64,000 bases of DNA from sequence record OP617741.1, one strand, 5' to 3'. Shown piece after piece: positions 38,806 through 46,635 of this stretch. The notes under the pieces were generated by a model, which worked only from the letters and a program-made list of their open reading frames with translations, did not search any database and was not told the DNA's origin. Each line of letters opens with the position of its first letter. Position 1 is the first letter of the stretch. The position numbers and the translations under genes were made by a program. Source of the DNA: Klebsiella phage KP13-16.

Positions 38806-39142
38806 TTTTAAGTCAGGTACTGGTAAGATTACTATCAATGGACAGGATTATATTGGTGGTAATATGTATATTAATGGTGATAAAGTTGTGATAGATGGAA
38901 AAGTTATCATGGATAGTCTTGTTGGAGACCTAAATATCACTATTCATGGAGACGTCGATAAGCTTGAGACGGGTTCAGGAGATGCTACTATTTACGGAAA
39001 TGTTGAGAGTGCTTCGACCATGAGCGGAGATCTTTTTTGTGAAACAGTTAAAGGAGATGCAAGCACTATGTCAGGGGATATCAATGCTAAGACAATTCAT
39101 GGTAAAGCTAAATCAATGTCTGGAGATATTAACTATAAATGA
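38795..39142 (+). CDS. small protein with tandem GD/MSGD beta-strand repeats
   Basis: repeated STMSGDLF / STMSGDIN / KSMSGDIN and GDxxIxG units; bactofilin/beta-helix-like repetitiveness. Confidence 0.35.
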   Translation: MNFNFKSGTGKITINGQDYIGGNMYINGDKVVIDGKVIMDSLVGDLNITIHGDVDKLETGSGDATIYGNVESASTMSGDLFCETVKGDASTMSGDINAKTIHGKAKSMSGDINYK

Positions 39143-39816
39143 ATAAAGTCATCTATTGTATGTATGACGGATCTGGAATAGCAGGATTGCCATGGGCAGA
39201 AGCAGGATTTAACGTCTATTGCTTTAATGCCGATGAAGGTGATCATGGTGAATACTTCATTAAAATGCAACACCCTAATCTTCATTATATTAATATCTGG
39301 ATTGATAAAGATTTTAGACTAAAAGTAAAAGATATGGGAATACCTGATCCTAATTTTATTTTTGCTTTCCCAGACTGTACTAATGTTGCTGTAAGCGGTG
39401 CTCAACATGAAAAGACATCTGAACAAAAGAATGATGTAGTCCGTTCAGCTAAGTATGTAGAGTGGCTAGGTAATTATTATAATTGTCCTTGGATTGTCGA
39501 GAATCCTGTTTCTCAATTAGCAACTAAGTGGAGAAAACCAAATTCATATTTTGACCCGTATGAGTACGGCGGCTATCTCACAGGTGAAGAAGAACAGTTT
39601 CATCCAAAAATGCCAAAGTTTGATGCTTATACTAAGAAAACATCTCTTTGGTATGGAAATGGCTTTAAAGTTCCACCTAAGAAGCCAGTGCAACACATTG
39701 GCTATTGTTGGTCTTGGAGACATCTAGGCGGGAAGGGCAAGAAAACTAAAATTTTACGTTCTTTAACTCCACGTGGATGGGCGAAGGCTGTTTTTGAAAG
39801 TAACTCAGGATTGTGA
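39139..39816 (+). CDS. short C5-cytosine DNA methyltransferase-like protein (225 aa)
   Basis: motif I-like CMYDGSGIAG, motif IV-like FPDC, motif VI IVENPV; lacks a full-size target recognition region. Confidence 0.4.
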   Translation: MNKVIYCMYDGSGIAGLPWAEAGFNVYCFNADEGDHGEYFIKMQHPNLHYINIWIDKDFRLKVKDMGIPDPNFIFAFPDCTNVAVSGAQHEKTSEQKNDVVRSAKYVEWLGNYYNCPWIVENPVSQLATKWRKPNSYFDPYEYGGYLTGEEEQFHPKMPKFDAYTKKTSLWYGNGFKVPPKKPVQHIGYCWSWRHLGGKGKKTKILRSLTPRGWAKAVFESNSGL

Positions 39817-39980
39817 TATTTTATTGATCAGAGCTTTTATATTTTGACTTAAAAATCTGCACAAGAGAAGGCTTCACCTAAAATCTATGAGAAATTACGG
39901 TCTAGCTTTCTTTATATTAGGTGTATATTTAGTTTAAATAAAGTTTCATGTTAAAAGCATGTTCGATCTAGCATTTTTGA

Positions 39981-40225
39981 CATTTCGGATTTTAAAATCC
40001 ATAATTTTTTAGTGAAAAGTCAATTCCATGTTTTTAAAAGTGACATTTACAATGCAATGCAGTATAGCAAATACAGATTTTTATTCAAAATGTTTAATAT
40101 TCAAACCGTTTTAAATTTTATGAAAATTTTTTGTGGCAAATCGGGAAAAATTTGTAGCATTTTGGACATCCCTATTTTCAAAATCCATAATTTTCTGGTT
40201 CACATCATACCCATGTTTTTATCCA
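39981..40225 (+). repeat. imperfect ~60-bp direct repeat pair in AT-rich intergenic region
   Basis: ACATTTCGGATTTTAAAATCCATAATTTTTT...CCATGTTTTTA (39981-40045) vs ACATCCCTATTTTCAAAATCCATAATTTTCT...CCATGTTTTTA (40161-40225). Confidence 0.5.
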
Positions 40226-40251
40226 GGCAGTTTCTTGGGAATATCTCTAAG

Positions 40252-40330
40252 TGAGAATGGTTCTCATTTGAGAAGTTGAATGATAATCATTCTCATTTAT
40301 AAAACGAAATAAGACTCATTCGCATTTGCG
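40252..40330 (+). promoter_or_regulatory. cluster of Fur-box-like palindromic operators overlapping a sigma70-like promoter
   Basis: TGAGAATggTTCTCA (40252-40266); TTGAAT(40276-81)-GATAATCATTCTCATT-TATAAA(40298-40303), box 15/16 to Fur consensus core AATGATAATCATTATC; third half-site AGACTCATTCGCATT. Confidence 0.5.
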
Positions 40331-40583
40331 GAATGACGGGCAGGTTCGGTGTTTGTCTCGCGATTCCCGTTACCCCTCGCCATGTAGAAATAATAACATA
40401 ACCAACACTAGGATCAAGCGTCTTTACATTTCTTTACAAAACTATTCAAGGCGAGCTACCGGCGATTCACCTTCCGACCTGGCCCCCGCGCCTGGTACGT
40501 TAGCCCCGCCTTTTCGCCGTGGGGTGGCGTGTCCTCTTCTTTATGGATACATTATGCCCCATTCCCTGGGGCGTGTCAACACA

Positions 40584-40793
40584 TTAAACACCATATTTGA
40601 TAAAATCCCTGGCGGCTTGTGTAGGCTGATATTCTACGCCGTAAGCGTCATCCACCTGCACAAGAAAACCTTTCTTAATCAAGCCCGTTATTGCCCGGCG
40701 AGCTGCTGTATAACTGGTGAAATGTGAATCATTGCTAAAAGTGAAACCGTGTTTAATAGCTATTTCAAGAGTGAGTTTTTCTGTTTTGGTCAT
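40584..40793 (-). CDS. small hypothetical protein (69 aa), GC-rich
   Basis: ORF track; coherent composition; possible winged-helix-like. Confidence 0.35.
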   Translation of the reverse strand: MTKTEKLTLEIAIKHGFTFSNDSHFTSYTAARRAITGLIKKGFLVQVDDAYGVEYQPTQAARDFIKYGV

Positions 40794-40898
40794 TGTCCGA
40801 TCCTCGTTATGCCTCCACCGTGGCGGCTTGTTAATTACTATATACTAATGAAGGGAAAACGCAAGCGAAAAATTTAGAAAAATATTTGCATCCAAGTA

Positions 40899-40927
40899 TT
40901 GACGGGAAGATCAAGAGGGACTATTAT
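40899..40927 (+). promoter_or_regulatory. sigma70-like promoter
   Basis: TTGACG-N17-TATTAT upstream of ORF 40991. Confidence 0.4.
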
Positions 40928-40990
40928 TCACTACACAAGGCGAGGCGATAGGCGCACCGTGAGAGCAACGATAACCAGGAAGAAAAGAAA

Positions 40991-41212
40991 ATGGCAACAT
41001 TACACGTAGTAGTTTATAAGCACGCGGTAACGGGCGATGATATGATCCAGGTGCTTGTTAATGGCTTTTGTGAAATGGAACGAGAAGGCGATTTCAACGG
41101 TTATTGCATTGTGTGTGCTTTCCTTGATTCCCTGGTTGAAATGTGTGTTATCACTCATGAGCAGCGCGAAGCGAAGATCAACCGCCTGAAAAAACTTTTA
41201 GATATCGAATAA
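40991..41212 (+). CDS. hypothetical protein (73 aa)
   Basis: ORF track. Confidence 0.35.
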   Translation: MATLHVVVYKHAVTGDDMIQVLVNGFCEMEREGDFNGYCIVCAFLDSLVEMCVITHEQREAKINRLKKLLDIE

Positions 41213-41219
41213 AAACCGC

Positions 41220-41278
41220 TTGACAGATTCGCACAGTAACGTATAATTCACTTCATAGGCAGCGGGAATGGTTCCCGC
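41220..41278 (+). promoter_or_regulatory. PeSL-like cassette: consensus sigma70 promoter + stem-loop
   Basis: TTGACA(41220-25)-N16-TATAAT(41242-47) followed by hairpin GCGGGAA-tgg-TTCCCGC (41262-41278). Confidence 0.55.
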
Positions 41279-41301
41279 GCCGATATAAAGAGATTTGAAA
41301 A

Positions 41302-41592
41302 ATGAAAATTTCAGAGAACAAAGATTTAATTTTCACCGTTAAAAATTATATCCGCCACCCGTATGAATTTGGCGGATATCCGAAAATTTTAATTATGCGT
41401 GATGGTAGTTGCCTTTGTTCAAAGTGTACGCATGAAAATTTTCCCCGCCTATTGGAAGAATTAAGAGATGAGAGTGATCTAGCATGGATGCCCGCGGACG
41501 TGGATGTTTTCTGGGAAGGTGCGGATTTCCCGTGTGGTAATTGCCAGACTCCGATCCATAGTGCATATGGAGATCCCGAAGAAGAAGAATAA
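41302..41592 (+). CDS. hypothetical Cys-rich protein (96 aa)
   Basis: ORF track; CLCSKCTHE...CGNCQ. Confidence 0.35.
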   Translation: MKISENKDLIFTVKNYIRHPYEFGGYPKILIMRDGSCLCSKCTHENFPRLLEELRDESDLAWMPADVDVFWEGADFPCGNCQTPIHSAYGDPEEEE

Positions 41593-41595
41593 ATA

Positions 41596-41652
41596 TTGAC
41601 AAGCATCTAAAAGATAGTAAACTGTTAATCAAAGGGCGGGAATGGTTCCCGC
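41596..41652 (+). promoter_or_regulatory. PeSL-like cassette: TTGACA + same stem-loop
   Basis: TTGACA(41596-41601) and identical hairpin GCGGGAATGGTTCCCGC (41636-41652) in 5' leader of next ORF. Confidence 0.5.
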
Positions 41653-41672
41653 CAAAACAAAGAGAGAAAATT

Positions 41673-41834
41673 ATGATTGCTATGAATACCCGCGAAGCCG
41701 CTCGCAACGTAGCCCGTAAAGTTAATGCCGTTGCACCTGCTAAATTGAAAGCACCAGTGAAAGGCGAAAACGGCTGGATCTTCCCTGGCTTGTCTCATGC
41801 CGACAACAAAGGCACTTTGAGCCTGAAAAAATAA
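41673..41834 (+). CDS. small hypothetical protein (53 aa)
   Basis: below cutoff; RBS AGAGAG. Confidence 0.3.
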   Translation: MIAMNTREAARNVARKVNAVAPAKLKAPVKGENGWIFPGLSHADNKGTLSLKK

Positions 41835-41835
41835 G

Positions 41836-41872
41836 TTGACTTTTCGTTATAGCGCCTTATAATGGGCGCTAT
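41836..41872 (+). promoter_or_regulatory. sigma70-like promoter with inverted repeat flanking -10
   Basis: TTGACT-N16-TATAAT(41858-63); TATAGCGCC / GGCGCTATA palindrome around -10; first 15 nt identical to promoter at 42841. Confidence 0.5.
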
Positions 41873-41898
41873 AGAGAAGAGAAACCAGGAGTAGAAAA

Positions 41899-42051
41899 AT
41901 GAAAATGTATAACGTGGTAGTAGTGAACAATAAAACAGGCGTCAAAGTGATCATGAATGCTTCACCGTTAACCCATTTAGAAGGTTGCACTATGTTAGCT
42001 AAACTAACCAAATACACCTGGCGAACAGAAAAATTAGAAGAAATTTGTTGA
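41899..42051 (+). CDS. small hypothetical protein (50 aa)
   Basis: below cutoff; RBS GGAG; stop overlaps next TTGACT. Confidence 0.3.
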   Translation: MKMYNVVVVNNKTGVKVIMNASPLTHLEGCTMLAKLTKYTWRTEKLEEIC

Positions 42052-42085
42052 CTTTCTGTGATGCCTCTTTATAATAAGGGGCATT
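42048..42085 (+). promoter_or_regulatory. sigma70-like promoter with inverted repeat flanking -10
   Basis: TTGACT(42048-53)-N16-TATAAT(42070-75); ATGCCTC...GGGGCAT imperfect palindrome. Confidence 0.45.
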
Positions 42086-42120
42086 GAAGAGAGAAGCCAA
42101 ACAATCTAACGAGGTGTAAA

Positions 42121-42342
42121 ATGGTTACATTCGCAATTATTTCTCTGGTAGCTGGTAACGTGTTTATTAATGACACTTTCCCGGCGGATGATAGCAAACC
42201 TGGCGAGATCAGCACAGTTTATGCAGATTGTAAAGCCGCCGAACGTATGTTATCACCTTGCTTGCTGATGAGTGAACGCGACGACGGGAAGATCGTATTC
42301 ACGAACGTGGAAACATGGTATCAATTGGTAGTAGAAAAATGA
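42121..42342 (+). CDS. hypothetical protein (73 aa)
   Basis: ORF track. Confidence 0.35.
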   Translation: MVTFAIISLVAGNVFINDTFPADDSKPGEISTVYADCKAAERMLSPCLLMSERDDGKIVFTNVETWYQLVVEK

Positions 42343-42488
42343 ATCCTAAGCATAAAATGATGATGGAAGCAAGCCGTTTCATCAATAAAACAGAAAAAAG
42401 AAAATGTTTTGTTTTATGTCTTACAACGCTTGCAATTGGTTTAGTGTGTGTTATTATTACTTACACGAACATTGAAGCAGGAAATTAA
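42339..42488 (+). CDS. small membrane protein (49 aa)
   Basis: below cutoff; one predicted TM segment; ATGA coupling. Confidence 0.3.
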   Translation: MNPKHKMMMEASRFINKTEKRKCFVLCLTTLAIGLVCVIITYTNIEAGN

Positions 42489-42490
42489 AA

Positions 42491-42835
42491 ATGGCTAAAA
42501 ATATTAATAAAGCAGAAAAAAGTTTTGTTAAATTGTCGGATGTTGAATGCGTACATATTAATGCACGCCGATGGTTTCAACGTTCATATGGTAATACATA
42601 CTTTTCTTTAAAAGTAGACGTAGAAGTTAACGGACAGATTATTAATATTGTTAATGTGCCTTTTGAGTATGGTTATGGGGATCATTATGATTCTGTAGCT
42701 TTAAAAGAATTTAAAGAAGCTGTTATATTAGATGAAAAATTGGAGGACTACTGCTATTTATCACGTGCCCTTAAAGAATCTGGTATTTTAGTTTATAATC
42801 ATTGCTCTGATGTAGACCGTAAAAAAGATTTATAA
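42491..42835 (+). CDS. hypothetical protein (114 aa)
   Basis: ORF track. Confidence 0.35.
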   Translation: MAKNINKAEKSFVKLSDVECVHINARRWFQRSYGNTYFSLKVDVEVNGQIINIVNVPFEYGYGDHYDSVALKEFKEAVILDEKLEDYCYLSRALKESGILVYNHCSDVDRKKDL

Positions 42836-42840
42836 TTTAT

Positions 42841-42880
42841 TTGACTTTTCGTTATGCCCTGTTAGAATATAGGGCATAGA
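42841..42880 (+). promoter_or_regulatory. sigma70-like promoter with inverted repeat flanking -10
   Basis: TTGACT-N16-TAGAAT(42863-68); TATGCCCT / AGGGCATA palindrome. Confidence 0.45.
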
Positions 42881-42913
42881 GAAAAGAAATAACACTAACC
42901 AGGAATATCTAAA

Positions 42914-43114
42914 ATGACTAAATCTACTTTTGACTTTTCAAAAATGGTTGTTGAATCTACCGAATCCTTGAAAGGATTCAGAAAAGAAAGCGGCTATTAT
43001 AAATCATTGTCACTTGTTGGTTTACATGATAATCAAATTAAATCATTTGCCGAGATCCGCCATTATGCAACAAAAGCAACTACGTTTGTTTTTGGATTCA
43101 TTCCCCTATCTTAG
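42914..43114 (+). CDS. hypothetical protein (66 aa)
   Basis: ORF track. Confidence 0.3.
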   Translation: MTKSTFDFSKMVVESTESLKGFRKESGYYKSLSLVGLHDNQIKSFAEIRHYATKATTFVFGFIPLS

Positions 43115-43319
43115 GTTTATATGGTCAAGTAGGCGCAAAGGCTGGCGGTTATGGTTATAATAGATCTGAAGCAGCTATTTCTCAGGCAGCAAGAAAATTT
43201 AATATTGATGTCCCTAGCTGGTGCGATCAGCAAACATTATTAGAAGAACTTGCAAAATATTTAGGTTTAGAGGTATATTCTGTAATTGAAACAAATGCTT
43301 AAAACTTAAAGGTAGCATT

Positions 43320-43610
43320 ATGTTAAAACAGGCGAAAACTTATGTATTGAGTAAGTTTATTAAACGGGTATTAAATGACCCAGTTTATAAAACTTACTAC
43401 TGTTACAAAATACTTGATAACAAAGGTGATTATTTAATTTCTTCTGTGATGTGCCATGAGCAAGCGATGATCTTTGAAATAGGTTTAAGACAAAAGAAAG
43501 TTTTAAACGAAATAATTTCATTTGAAATTATTGCTCAAGGCGGCGAAGATGAAGTAACAGAAGAAAAATATCATGAAGAAAATTATATTAAACAAACATT
43601 GGAAGATTAA
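43320..43610 (+). CDS. hypothetical protein (96 aa)
   Basis: ORF track. Confidence 0.35.
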   Translation: MLKQAKTYVLSKFIKRVLNDPVYKTYYCYKILDNKGDYLISSVMCHEQAMIFEIGLRQKKVLNEIISFEIIAQGGEDEVTEEKYHEENYIKQTLED

Positions 43611-43612
43611 AG

Positions 43613-43744
43613 ATGCAAAGCAAAAATTTTGAAAAGATTAAGAGCAGTAAGCAACGTTTAGAATGTAATGAGACAGATGAACGCCGGGAGCGTAGTAATA
43701 AACGCAATAAGCCGCAGCGTAAGCGTTTTAATTGGGAAGAATAG
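43613..43744 (+). CDS. small basic protein (43 aa)
   Basis: below cutoff; TAAAGATG coupling. Confidence 0.25.
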   Translation: MQSKNFEKIKSSKQRLECNETDERRERSNKRNKPQRKRFNWEE

Positions 43745-43877
43745 GGAAACCTATTAATAAAGATTAAAGCCTCTTAGAATGGATTTTAGGGGCTTTAAAT
43801 TTGATTTAAATTTTTCTTGCTTTTTCCATTTTGTTGATCTATTCTCTTAATCAGGCAAACAAAGAGAGATTTACAAA

Positions 43878-44138
43878 ATGGAAACATTAAACATTTTAAA
43901 TGATAGATTCTGTTTTGATTTAATAGGTCTGTTAATTATTTCACCTGTAACTATTATTTACGCTATCCTAACTTTTAAAGGTCTAACTATGAAACAAAAT
44001 GTAATGAAGATCCACACTAACACCGGATCTACAATTGTTACCCCGTTTCATTTTGCAATGAAAAGCCGTTGCAAACGTCTTAAAAGTGAGTTAAAATCTA
44101 ACACAAATACAGGTTTTAAACGTTGGGGTAAAATCTAA
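43878..44138 (+). CDS. hypothetical protein (86 aa)
   Basis: ORF track. Confidence 0.3.
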   Translation: METLNILNDRFCFDLIGLLIISPVTIIYAILTFKGLTMKQNVMKIHTNTGSTIVTPFHFAMKSRCKRLKSELKSNTNTGFKRWGKI

Positions 44139-44440
44139 TGAAAGCGAATGATTCTTTTTTCTTCTCAGAATGTAAAGATCATGTTTTAGTTGACATTCAG
44201 TCATTTTCTAATACTATGAATTTTAGATTCACTAGTGAAAGAATAGTTGACAAAGGTCTATTGTTGACTATTACAACAAAGAAAGAAAAAGGTTGTTTTG
44301 AATTAAATTATAAGCTTTCACAAGACAATCAATTATTAGCCCAGGATGGCGGGAAAAATATTCCACCGAAAGATCTATTCTATGTCATTAGTGACATTGT
44401 TAATGATGCTTTTTCTTGCGAGATAAGATTAACAGCTTAA
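44138..44440 (+). CDS. hypothetical protein (100 aa)
   Basis: ORF track. Confidence 0.35.
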   Translation: MKANDSFFFSECKDHVLVDIQSFSNTMNFRFTSERIVDKGLLLTITTKKEKGCFELNYKLSQDNQLLAQDGGKNIPPKDLFYVISDIVNDAFSCEIRLTA

Positions 44441-44487
44441 AAAGAAAGTCAATAGCTTTTCCAATTATTTTTCATTTTTGCGTTATG

Positions 44488-44580
44488 CAAAAAAGTGAAT
44501 TTAAAGACTTCTCACACAAGATGATTAAGGGTATGGCAAACGGCTAGAACCTCTTAGAATGCGTTTTAGAGCGTTTTACG
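44488..44580 (+). repeat. repeated intergenic element copy (CAAAAAAGTGAAT ... CCTCTTAGAATG)
   Basis: shares 13-mer CAAAAAAGTGAAT and 12-mer CCTCTTAGAATG with 46531-46635; 12-mer also at 43770. Confidence 0.5.
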
Positions 44581-44795
44581 GGGTATTGACTTTTACCGAA
44601 AGGCTCAAAACGTCATATAGTTAGTTTCATCGTGCGATTGTTGCGGTACGAAATTACATGGCGACCGCTACAAATGGGACAATGCTGGATTAAAATAATG
44701 TGCATTATTTACGCCCTGGGGCTTGATCTCCCTGGGGCGTTTTGCTATCCTTATTTTGTGGCGGCAATGATGCCAACCACTAACGAGGATTTAAC

Positions 44796-45095
44796 ATGGA
44801 ACCTTTACAACTTCTTTCCACTTTACGCGCTATTGCCAACAACACTTTGATCGCTTGCCAGCGCCAGGAGTTTAAACCGGAATTCATCTATAAGAATCAT
44901 AACCAGCAGTTAGCCACCATTGAACAGGCGATCAGCGGTTACAATATGGGGGCAAAGGTTAACGCGAAATATAAAGCGGAGATCAAGAAAATAATGCTTG
45001 CACCAATGAAAGATAAGAATTATTATCTTATCTCAGAACAAGTAAAGCAAGGCGTAAATAAATTATCAAGCGCTATTGACTTTATGAAACGATAA
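44796..45095 (+). CDS. hypothetical protein (99 aa)
   Basis: ORF track. Confidence 0.35.
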   Translation: MEPLQLLSTLRAIANNTLIACQRQEFKPEFIYKNHNQQLATIEQAISGYNMGAKVNAKYKAEIKKIMLAPMKDKNYYLISEQVKQGVNKLSSAIDFMKR

Positions 45096-45140
45096 ACTAC
45101 AAAGGCGGCAGCAATGCCACCAATGTTAGACAGGTGAAAA

Positions 45141-45434
45141 ATGTTACAATCTAACAAAAATTTAAAATTACGTCAATCCCTCGTAAACATGGCGATCAAT
45201 GTCGAGCCGTACAAACGAAAGGAACCTAAGCAAGATATGCGAGGGAGAAAAATCACTTGGACAGATCAACAGGTATTAGAGATCCGCGCCCTACATAAAT
45301 TTACAGCAATGAAACCAGCGGAGATCGCAGAAAAATATAATACAACAAAAGGCGCGATCACCTATTTACTAACATATAATACTCGTGTACTCTTAGAGCC
45401 AGAAAGAAAACATTTACCAATTGAGGCGAAATAA
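45141..45434 (+). CDS. hypothetical protein with HTH-like C-terminus (97 aa)
   Basis: KPAEIAEKYNTTKGAITYLL resembles helix-turn-helix. Confidence 0.35.
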   Translation: MLQSNKNLKLRQSLVNMAINVEPYKRKEPKQDMRGRKITWTDQQVLEIRALHKFTAMKPAEIAEKYNTTKGAITYLLTYNTRVLLEPERKHLPIEAK

Positions 45435-45741
45435 AATGGCTAAAGTATTGAATAGTAAACAATTGTCTGATACAATCTCAATTACTGAATGCACAGATGG
45501 ATTCTGGCTATATGACGAAACGCGCGGGATGAATCTGTCAATGCGGGCAAAGAGCAGCGAGGCGGCATTATTTGAGGCGCTGGAATATTACCAGGAGCGT
45601 TTCCAGGAAGTGCAAAACAATTACAACAGCCTTAAAGCGAAAGTAGATCATTTTGTCGGGCAGGTGGTAGATCATGATTGCGGTGATTATTATTGCAATC
45701 GTTGCGGATCATCCAGTGAGATAGAATATCACGGCAATTAA
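45421..45741 (+). CDS. hypothetical protein (106 aa)
   Basis: ORF track; C-terminal CGDYYCNRCG. Confidence 0.35.
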   Translation: MRRNKMAKVLNSKQLSDTISITECTDGFWLYDETRGMNLSMRAKSSEAALFEALEYYQERFQEVQNNYNSLKAKVDHFVGQVVDHDCGDYYCNRCGSSSEIEYHGN

Positions 45742-45817
45742 CAGCACTTTTTGCTAAAACAGAATATCTCTTTGTGTTATTATCTTTATAGAAAGAAAAT
45801 TAACCGGAGAGAAGAAA

Positions 45818-45955
45818 ATGGGACTTGTAACAGCTTTTATTATCTTTGTTGTTTTAAGCGCTGTATTTGGTGGCGGAAAAGGCAAGAAAGGCAAACGTAA
45901 GAGCCGCGCTGGATCTGGTCAGAATGGCTATGTTTACTCTCATAAAAATCATTAA
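45818..45955 (+). CDS. small membrane peptide (45 aa)
   Basis: RBS GGAGAGAAG; hydrophobic N-terminus then Lys/Gly-rich tail. Confidence 0.3.
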   Translation: MGLVTAFIIFVVLSAVFGGGKGKKGKRKSRAGSGQNGYVYSHKNH

Positions 45956-45969
45956 TAGGAATAATTATC

Positions 45970-46212
45970 ATGAATGCTGTAGATATCTTTTTAGCGGCTT
46001 ATGTTAAAGCAATGTTGTGGAGTAGTAGCGGCACAGACCAGGACGGCGAAGATCTGGAAAGTCTGGAAGGGTTCGAACTTTCCACCGAATCGCTGAAAAA
46101 AGCTAAAGAAGATTGCGAATCATTCTTATTTGCATCAAAAGCGCTTTTCGCTGATTTGCCTACCTGGTACGGGAAAGGCGACGGCGGGATCTATGCTTAT
46201 CTCAGAGCATGA
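45970..46212 (+). CDS. hypothetical protein (80 aa)
   Basis: ORF track. Confidence 0.35.
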   Translation: MNAVDIFLAAYVKAMLWSSSGTDQDGEDLESLEGFELSTESLKKAKEDCESFLFASKALFADLPTWYGKGDGGIYAYLRA

Positions 46213-46379
46213 TTAATGAGATTGATTCTCGTTATTCAATGGCGCTTGAATATCAAGCACAAGCACAATACTTACAGCTTGATATTGAAGAGCAACAAGA
46301 TCAAGACGCTTTTTGGGAACACCAGGACGCTCAAGCGGATTTTGATGCAAAACTCAATATGTATTATAACGAATATTAA
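46209..46379 (+). CDS. small acidic/Gln-rich protein (56 aa)
   Basis: protein-like composition; preferred over overlapping ORF-track 46216-46482 frame. Confidence 0.3.
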   Translation: MINEIDSRYSMALEYQAQAQYLQLDIEEQQDQDAFWEHQDAQADFDAKLNMYYNEY

Positions 46380-46530
46380 TACAACAGGGGGCCGCTATGG
46401 TTCCCCGCTTTTTATCCAAATAAAAACCATTTCAAATAGGGCGCACAAAGCGCCCTTTCTTTTTGCCTGTTATTCTCAATAACCCTTAATAGCGTGAATC
46501 ATAGATTCTGCCTATTGAAATCATTCACAG

Positions 46531-46635
46531 CAAAAAAGTGAATAAATCGCGTTATAAGGTTTTCTAAGCTAGATTGACTAACTACCAGGGGTAAGCGGTA
46601 AACCTCTTAGGATGGCTTACAGGAGCTTTAAGGGC
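46531..46635 (+). repeat. repeated intergenic element copy (CAAAAAAGTGAAT ... CCTCTTAGGATG)
   Basis: see 44488-44580; includes ATTCAC-n9-GTGAAT inverted repeat. Confidence 0.5.

Noticed and set aside
40330-40580. Possible RyhB-like iron sRNA downstream of the Fur-box promoter
   Set aside because: No sequence similarity to enterobacterial RyhB and no clear intrinsic terminator. It is kept only as a hypothesis within the Fur-box finding.
40326-40727. ORF-track 133-aa ORF on plus strand
   Set aside because: Low-complexity Arg/Pro-rich translation with no protein-like pattern. It overlaps the coherent 69-aa minus-strand ORF and is more likely non-coding, possibly the Fur-promoter-driven RNA.
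43790-43877. T4 middle-promoter (MotA box TGCTT) upstream of ORF 43878
   Set aside because: TTGCTTT is present, but the spacing to any TAnnnT -10 element is poor, so this is not claimable from sequence alone.
44632-44850. ORF-track 72-aa ORF
   Set aside because: Overlaps repeat elements and the start of ORF 44796-45095, and its composition is not convincing.
46216-46482. ORF-track 88-aa ORF
   Set aside because: Translation looks non-protein-like. The overlapping frame 46209-46379 gives a coherent acidic/Gln-rich protein, and the degenerate stem-loop/terminator lies inside the rejected ORF.
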